Positions 59,647 through 64,000 of a stretch of 64,000 bases of DNA are shown one piece after another (within the stretch, counting starts at the first letter, position 1; each line of letters opens with the position of its first letter). A program made the position numbers and the translations under genes. The DNA comes from Myxococcales bacterium (GTDB lineage Bacteria; Myxococcota_A; Polyangia; Polyangiales; DASUME01). The DNA is taken from the NCBI GenBank assembly GCA_047601445.1, contig JASGJH010000001.1, positions 7,936,001 to 8,000,000 of the forward strand, given 5' to 3'. Under the pieces are notes generated by a model. It searched no databases, was not told where the DNA came from, and saw only the letters and a program-made list of their open reading frames with translations.

Positions 59647-62600
59647 ATGCGACGTGGTTCGGGTTGGGCGACGCTGTTCTTCCTTGCGTTCATGTTGGTG
59701 GGCTGCGCGAACGACCAGCCGACCATCAACCGGGTGCAGCCGAACGCGCTCGCCAAGTCGATGTTCGTCGGCGACTGGTACACCAAAGGCACCATCGTCG
59801 ACACGCAGATCGATGCGCCCATCTACGTGGGCAGCGAGACGCCCTTCGATCGCATCCAGTGGGAGATCCAGGAGAAGTTCCTGATCGCCAAGCGCTCCTA
59901 CGAGTTCGTGGGCAAGGCCGAGGACGACGGTGTGGTGGACGGTGAGAAGACCTCGGTGATCGCGGTCTACGCCATCTCGAGCCACTTCGATATCCGGCGC
60001 GAGTACAACCCGGCCACCGGCGAGCGCAGCAACGTGATCAGCGAGAACACGCTCGACCGTCCCTGGCACGAGCGCGAGTACATGCGCGTCGACTGGTCCC
60101 AGAACCTGCTCGACGGTGCCACGCTGCCCTCGCCCTACGCGGGAGACGTGCCGCTCAAGAACGTCGCGCTGTTCGACCAGGACACCGGGGACGCCGAGCG
60201 CGAGCAGTTCGCGCCGCGCTTCGAGCAGAACGAGGACGGCCAGGTCGTGTACTTCGAGCTGGTCAACCGCTACTGGGCCGAGCCCGCGATGCGGGACGGA
60301 GTCCCGGCCTGTTACTACCTCTTCAACAGCCAAATGGACTGTCAGCCCGGCGCCATCGCCGTGCGCCATTCGTACATGCGCGTCGAAGATCGCGACTACC
60401 AGCCGCGGCCCTACACCCAGGATCGCATGGAGCGCTTCGGCTATTTCCTGATCAAGCGCGACAACTACGACGATAGCTACGGTGCCACCGTGGACGGGCG
60501 CGAGATTTACGCCATGCGCCACAACCTGTGGATCTACAGCCATCGCAAGGACGACAAGGACCAGTTCGTCACGTGCGGTCGCGACGCCGACTGCGGTGGG
60601 TCGGGCTCCGAGTGCGATCTCGCGTGGGGCAAAGCCCGCGGCAGGACCGACGGTGCGTGCACCATCCCGTATCACCGGCGCGAGTTGCGTCCCATTCGCT
60701 ACTACCTGACCGACAACTTCCCGGCCAACCTGGTGCCCACCGCGTTGATGGTCGGCAAGGACTGGGATCGCGCCTTCACCGAGACCGTCGCCTCCATGAT
60801 GCGCCTCGATTGCGAGGACGCGCACGCGGAGGACTGCGCGACCATGGTGCCCAGCGAGATCGCCTCGCGCCTGGGACCGATCTTCGCCATCTGTCACAAT
60901 CCGGTCACCGCCGATGACGCGCCGGGCTGCGGTGAACCCGGCTTCTCGCCGCGCTTCGGGGACATTCGCTACAACTTCGTGTCCTGGGTGTCCGATGCCC
61001 ACTCCAAGTATGCGGGCGCCCCGCTGGGCCTCGGGCCTTCCCAGGCCGATCCGCTGACGGGTGAAGTGGTGTCCGGCGTGGCCAACTTGTATGGCGATGG
61101 CTTCGATCAGCTGGCGGCGCAGGCGCGCGACATCCTGGCGATGATGCAGGGCGACCTGTCGGAGACGGCCACGCAATCGAGCTCGGCGTTCAGCGCGTGG
61201 ATCAAGCAGACCGAGCAGGCTGCCGTGGCCCAGACCTCCCAGCGCGAGGCCGACCGACACGTAGTCGAGCTCGACGCCCAGGACATGGCCGACGCCAACG
61301 CAGACATGGACTTCTCTTGGTCCACCAGTCGCATGCCGGCTTTCCAGGCTCCGCTCGGCGTCTCGCAGATTCGCGACCAAGCGGACGCGCAGTGGAAGCG
61401 CATCGGTGGCATGCACGAAAAGCTCAAGCTCGCCAAGCAGGGGGCGAGCAACCTGGCGCAGTTGCGCGGCACGTACCTCGAAGACGCCCTGGTGGACGAC
61501 GAGTACGTGTCCTCGTTGGGAATGGCGCCCGGTACCAAGCTCTCGGCGGACGATCTCGCGCGCGTGTCGCCCGTGGGCACCGAAGGCGCATTTGGCGCGC
61601 TCGGAGCACAGCGCAAGCGCCGTGAAACCCTGCGCAACGAGTCCGACCACCGAGCTTGTGTGCTCGAGGCGGGCGACTTCATGGACGAGGGCTTGCTCGG
61701 CCTATTGCGCGAGATTCGATCGCGCGGTGAACGAGGGCGACGGAACCGTCACCTGGTACGGCACCAAGTACCAGGTGGGCACGCGCGGCGCCATCGACTA
61801 CGAGCGTGTGAAGGAGATGGTCAAGCAGCCCATCTTGTTCGGGTTGATGGCCCACGAGCTCGGTCACACGCTCGGCTTACGCCACAACTTCTCGGGGTCC
61901 TACGACGCCGTCAACTACCGTCCCGGCTACTGGGAGCTGCGCGACGACGGCAAGATCGCCTCGCGCGCGGAGGACCCCATGACCGACGCGGAGGTCAATG
62001 GGCGGATTCGTGAGTACCAGTACTCCACCGTGATGGACTACGGACACAACTTCGTGGTCACCGACGCCCAGGGCATCGGTCACTACGACGTGGCGGCGAT
62101 CAAGATGGGCTACGGCGACATCGCCGAGGTGTTCACCGACGCGCCCCAGGAGAACGCCGTGGGCATCGCGAGCATCGACGCTCAGGCCAGTCCGTTCATG
62201 GTGTTTCAGGTGGATCCGCCACGCGGCGATCAGGACAACGAGCTGCGCGCCTTCCACTACTCATCGTGGCCAACCTTGGTCGGCGGCGTGGGCAACATCT
62301 CGAAGCGCAAGGACGTGCGCTACCGCGACCTCGGCTTCGTGGCTTCTCCGTTGTTCGGCGGCGGTGGACGTGGCCTCTATCAGGACGGCGACGCGCTCTT
62401 GCCCGTGGTGCCCTACCTGTACTGCGGCGATGAGTACGCGGACTCGCGGCCGCCCTGCAACCGCTACGACGCGGGCGCCGATCCCTACGAGGTGATGCAG
62501 TCCATCATCGACAACTACTGGAACTACTACCCGTTCAGTCACTTTATGCGAGGGCGCATCGGCTGGGACCCCTCGAGCGTGGTGAACCGCTCAGCGGATC

Positions 62601-63634
62601 GCTACTACATGCCGTTGATGTCGATGGCGCAGATCTACGCGCTCTATCGCCAGTTCTACGAGCCCTTCCTGGGCACGACGTTTTTCGAGGACTCCGAGGG
62701 CTTCGGGCTCTTCACGTTGGGCGTGCGCGCCAGCTACGACCTGTTCCGCCGGGTGGTCTCCACGCCCGAGCCGGCGGGCCTCCTCTACGAGCAGCTCGCC
62801 GACGGCACCACGCTGCTCTCCGAGGACGGCACGGAGGCGCCGCTCATCCCCAAGTCCATCGATGCCTTCAGCGGTCGCTTCTTGCGCTCCTACTACGAGA
62901 TCGGCCCTGCGAACGAGTGGGTCTATTTCACCAGCTCCGGTTGGTTCAAGGAAAAGGCCCTGGCGCTGCAGATCTTGATGTACGCCGACACGGGCTACCT
63001 CGGCGTGGACACTTCACCGGACGTCCGCGAGTACTCGTCGAGTTACTACACGAGCTTCCCGGACTCGATGTCGTCGTTCTTGAGCGCGATCTTCGCCTCG
63101 GATTACGAGGCCTACGGACCGCGCCTGAAGGACGGCGCGCTCTTCTATCCGAACCCGCAGGACGTGGTGAATCATGGCATGGCCATCGATGCCCAGGGCA
63201 GCGACTTGGTTTCGCCCAACCTCGGGTTCACGTTGCAGCTCACGGCCATGGCCTTCGGCACGCTGCTGAGCCCGAACACATTCGATCAGGACTTCGTGAA
63301 TCGCTCGCGCCTGTTCGCCCAGGGCAGCTCCGAGGCCGTGACGCCCGCAAACCCCGTGACCTATGTGGACTCGCGCAGCGGGCTCACCTACGTGGCGAGC
63401 TCGTACCCTGTGACTCGCGACGGCAAGACCGTGGAGACCGGCTCCGCGGCCGCCATGATCGCCTACGCGAACGGGCTCCAGGCCAAGATCGCGAAGGCAC
63501 AACTGGACGGCGATACCGACAAGGCAGCCCGCACGCAGGCCACACTGGACGATTTCGTGGATAACCTCGACGCGCTCCGTTACCTGACCAACATCCTGGG
63601 TCACGGCTCGAACGGCCAGTTCTTCGGGTTCTAA
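59647..63634 (+). CDS. Large zinc-dependent metalloprotease lipoprotein; +1 frameshift near 61715
   Basis: Lipobox LVGC; DPLTGE; HELGHTLGLRHNF; STVMDY Met-turn; removing one base gives 1328 aa. Confidence 0.88.
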
Positions 63635-63725
63635 GCGCACACGGTAGGGGCCCGCGAGCACGGGCACGCCTTTGCTAGCGCAAGGCTGGCACGGGGAGCA
63701 GGATACTGACTGTGTCAGCGTCGTG

Positions 63726-64000
63726 CTAGCTGCCCAGATGCGTGAGGCGCACCAGCACGCCTTCGGGCGCCTGATCCTCGCGCAGGTCGATTTCGCCTTC
63801 GAGGAACCACATGTTGTCCTCCTCGGGATCCACCAGTACCTGGCGCACGCGGTACAGGTGCGGCGCAAGCGTCTCGATCTGCGTGCGGTCCACGGTGCGC
63901 GAGCGCTGATCGGTGATCAGCTGCTCGTAGTGCTCGAAGTACTTCTGCATGCTCGACTCGAGCCCGGACGCGCCCAGGGAGCTCTCGTGGTGCACCGAGG
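63726..64000 (-). CDS. C-terminus of a probable DUF3516-containing DEAD/DEAH helicase (truncated by window end)
   Basis: VRQVLVDPEEDNMWFLEGEIDL resembles the DUF3516 C-terminal motif. Confidence 0.55.
   Translation of the reverse strand, partial: SVHHESSLGASGLESSMQKYFEHYEQLITDQRSRTVDRTQIETLAPHLYRVRQVLVDPEEDNMWFLEGEIDLREDQAPEGVLVRLTHLGS

Noticed and set aside
63661..63680. Sigma-54 promoter-like GGCACGCCTTTGCT
   Set aside because: Spacing is one base short of the -24/-12 consensus and the site lies between convergent gene ends.

Overview
High-GC window (roughly 68-70% by eye) that looks like core chromosome from a myxobacterium (Myxococcota, probably Polyangiales). This is inferred from the Ser/Thr kinase-TPR-lipoprotein module, AgmX/TonB-C-like protein, multi-thioredoxin DsbA, J-domain/TPR protein and large zinc-metalloprotease lipoprotein. 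About 50 CDS: a GH3/GH15/otsA/otsB/MarR trehalose cluster, double-length uvrA, a short RlmN-like radical SAM enzyme, ppx, folE, a TerB-like/PPP phosphatase fusion, a Gly-rich RRM protein, mgtE, two UvrD-family helicases, a metB-like lyase, a RegB-like kinase with a sigma-54 regulator, PBP1A, an ECF sigma/anti-sigma set, and radC-rpmH-rnpA-yidD-yidC-jag. No rRNA, tRNA, CRISPR, transposase or prophage was recognised. Main points of interest: (1) a dispersed, structured ~85-100 bp intergenic repeat family at 5 loci, one of them a perfect 3x101-bp tandem array, with compensatory stem changes; (2) a membrane-targeted, Cys-containing ORF ending in ERPPRA upstream of a triple-DsbA gene, a candidate arrest/monitoring peptide; (3) a palindromic operator between a divergent trehalase-like gene and a membrane-anchored OtsA operon; (4) three +1 frameshifts (dsbA, yidC, metalloprotease), all in or next to GATC and probably systematic sequencing errors. 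All calls come from motif recognition by eye; no database searches were run.
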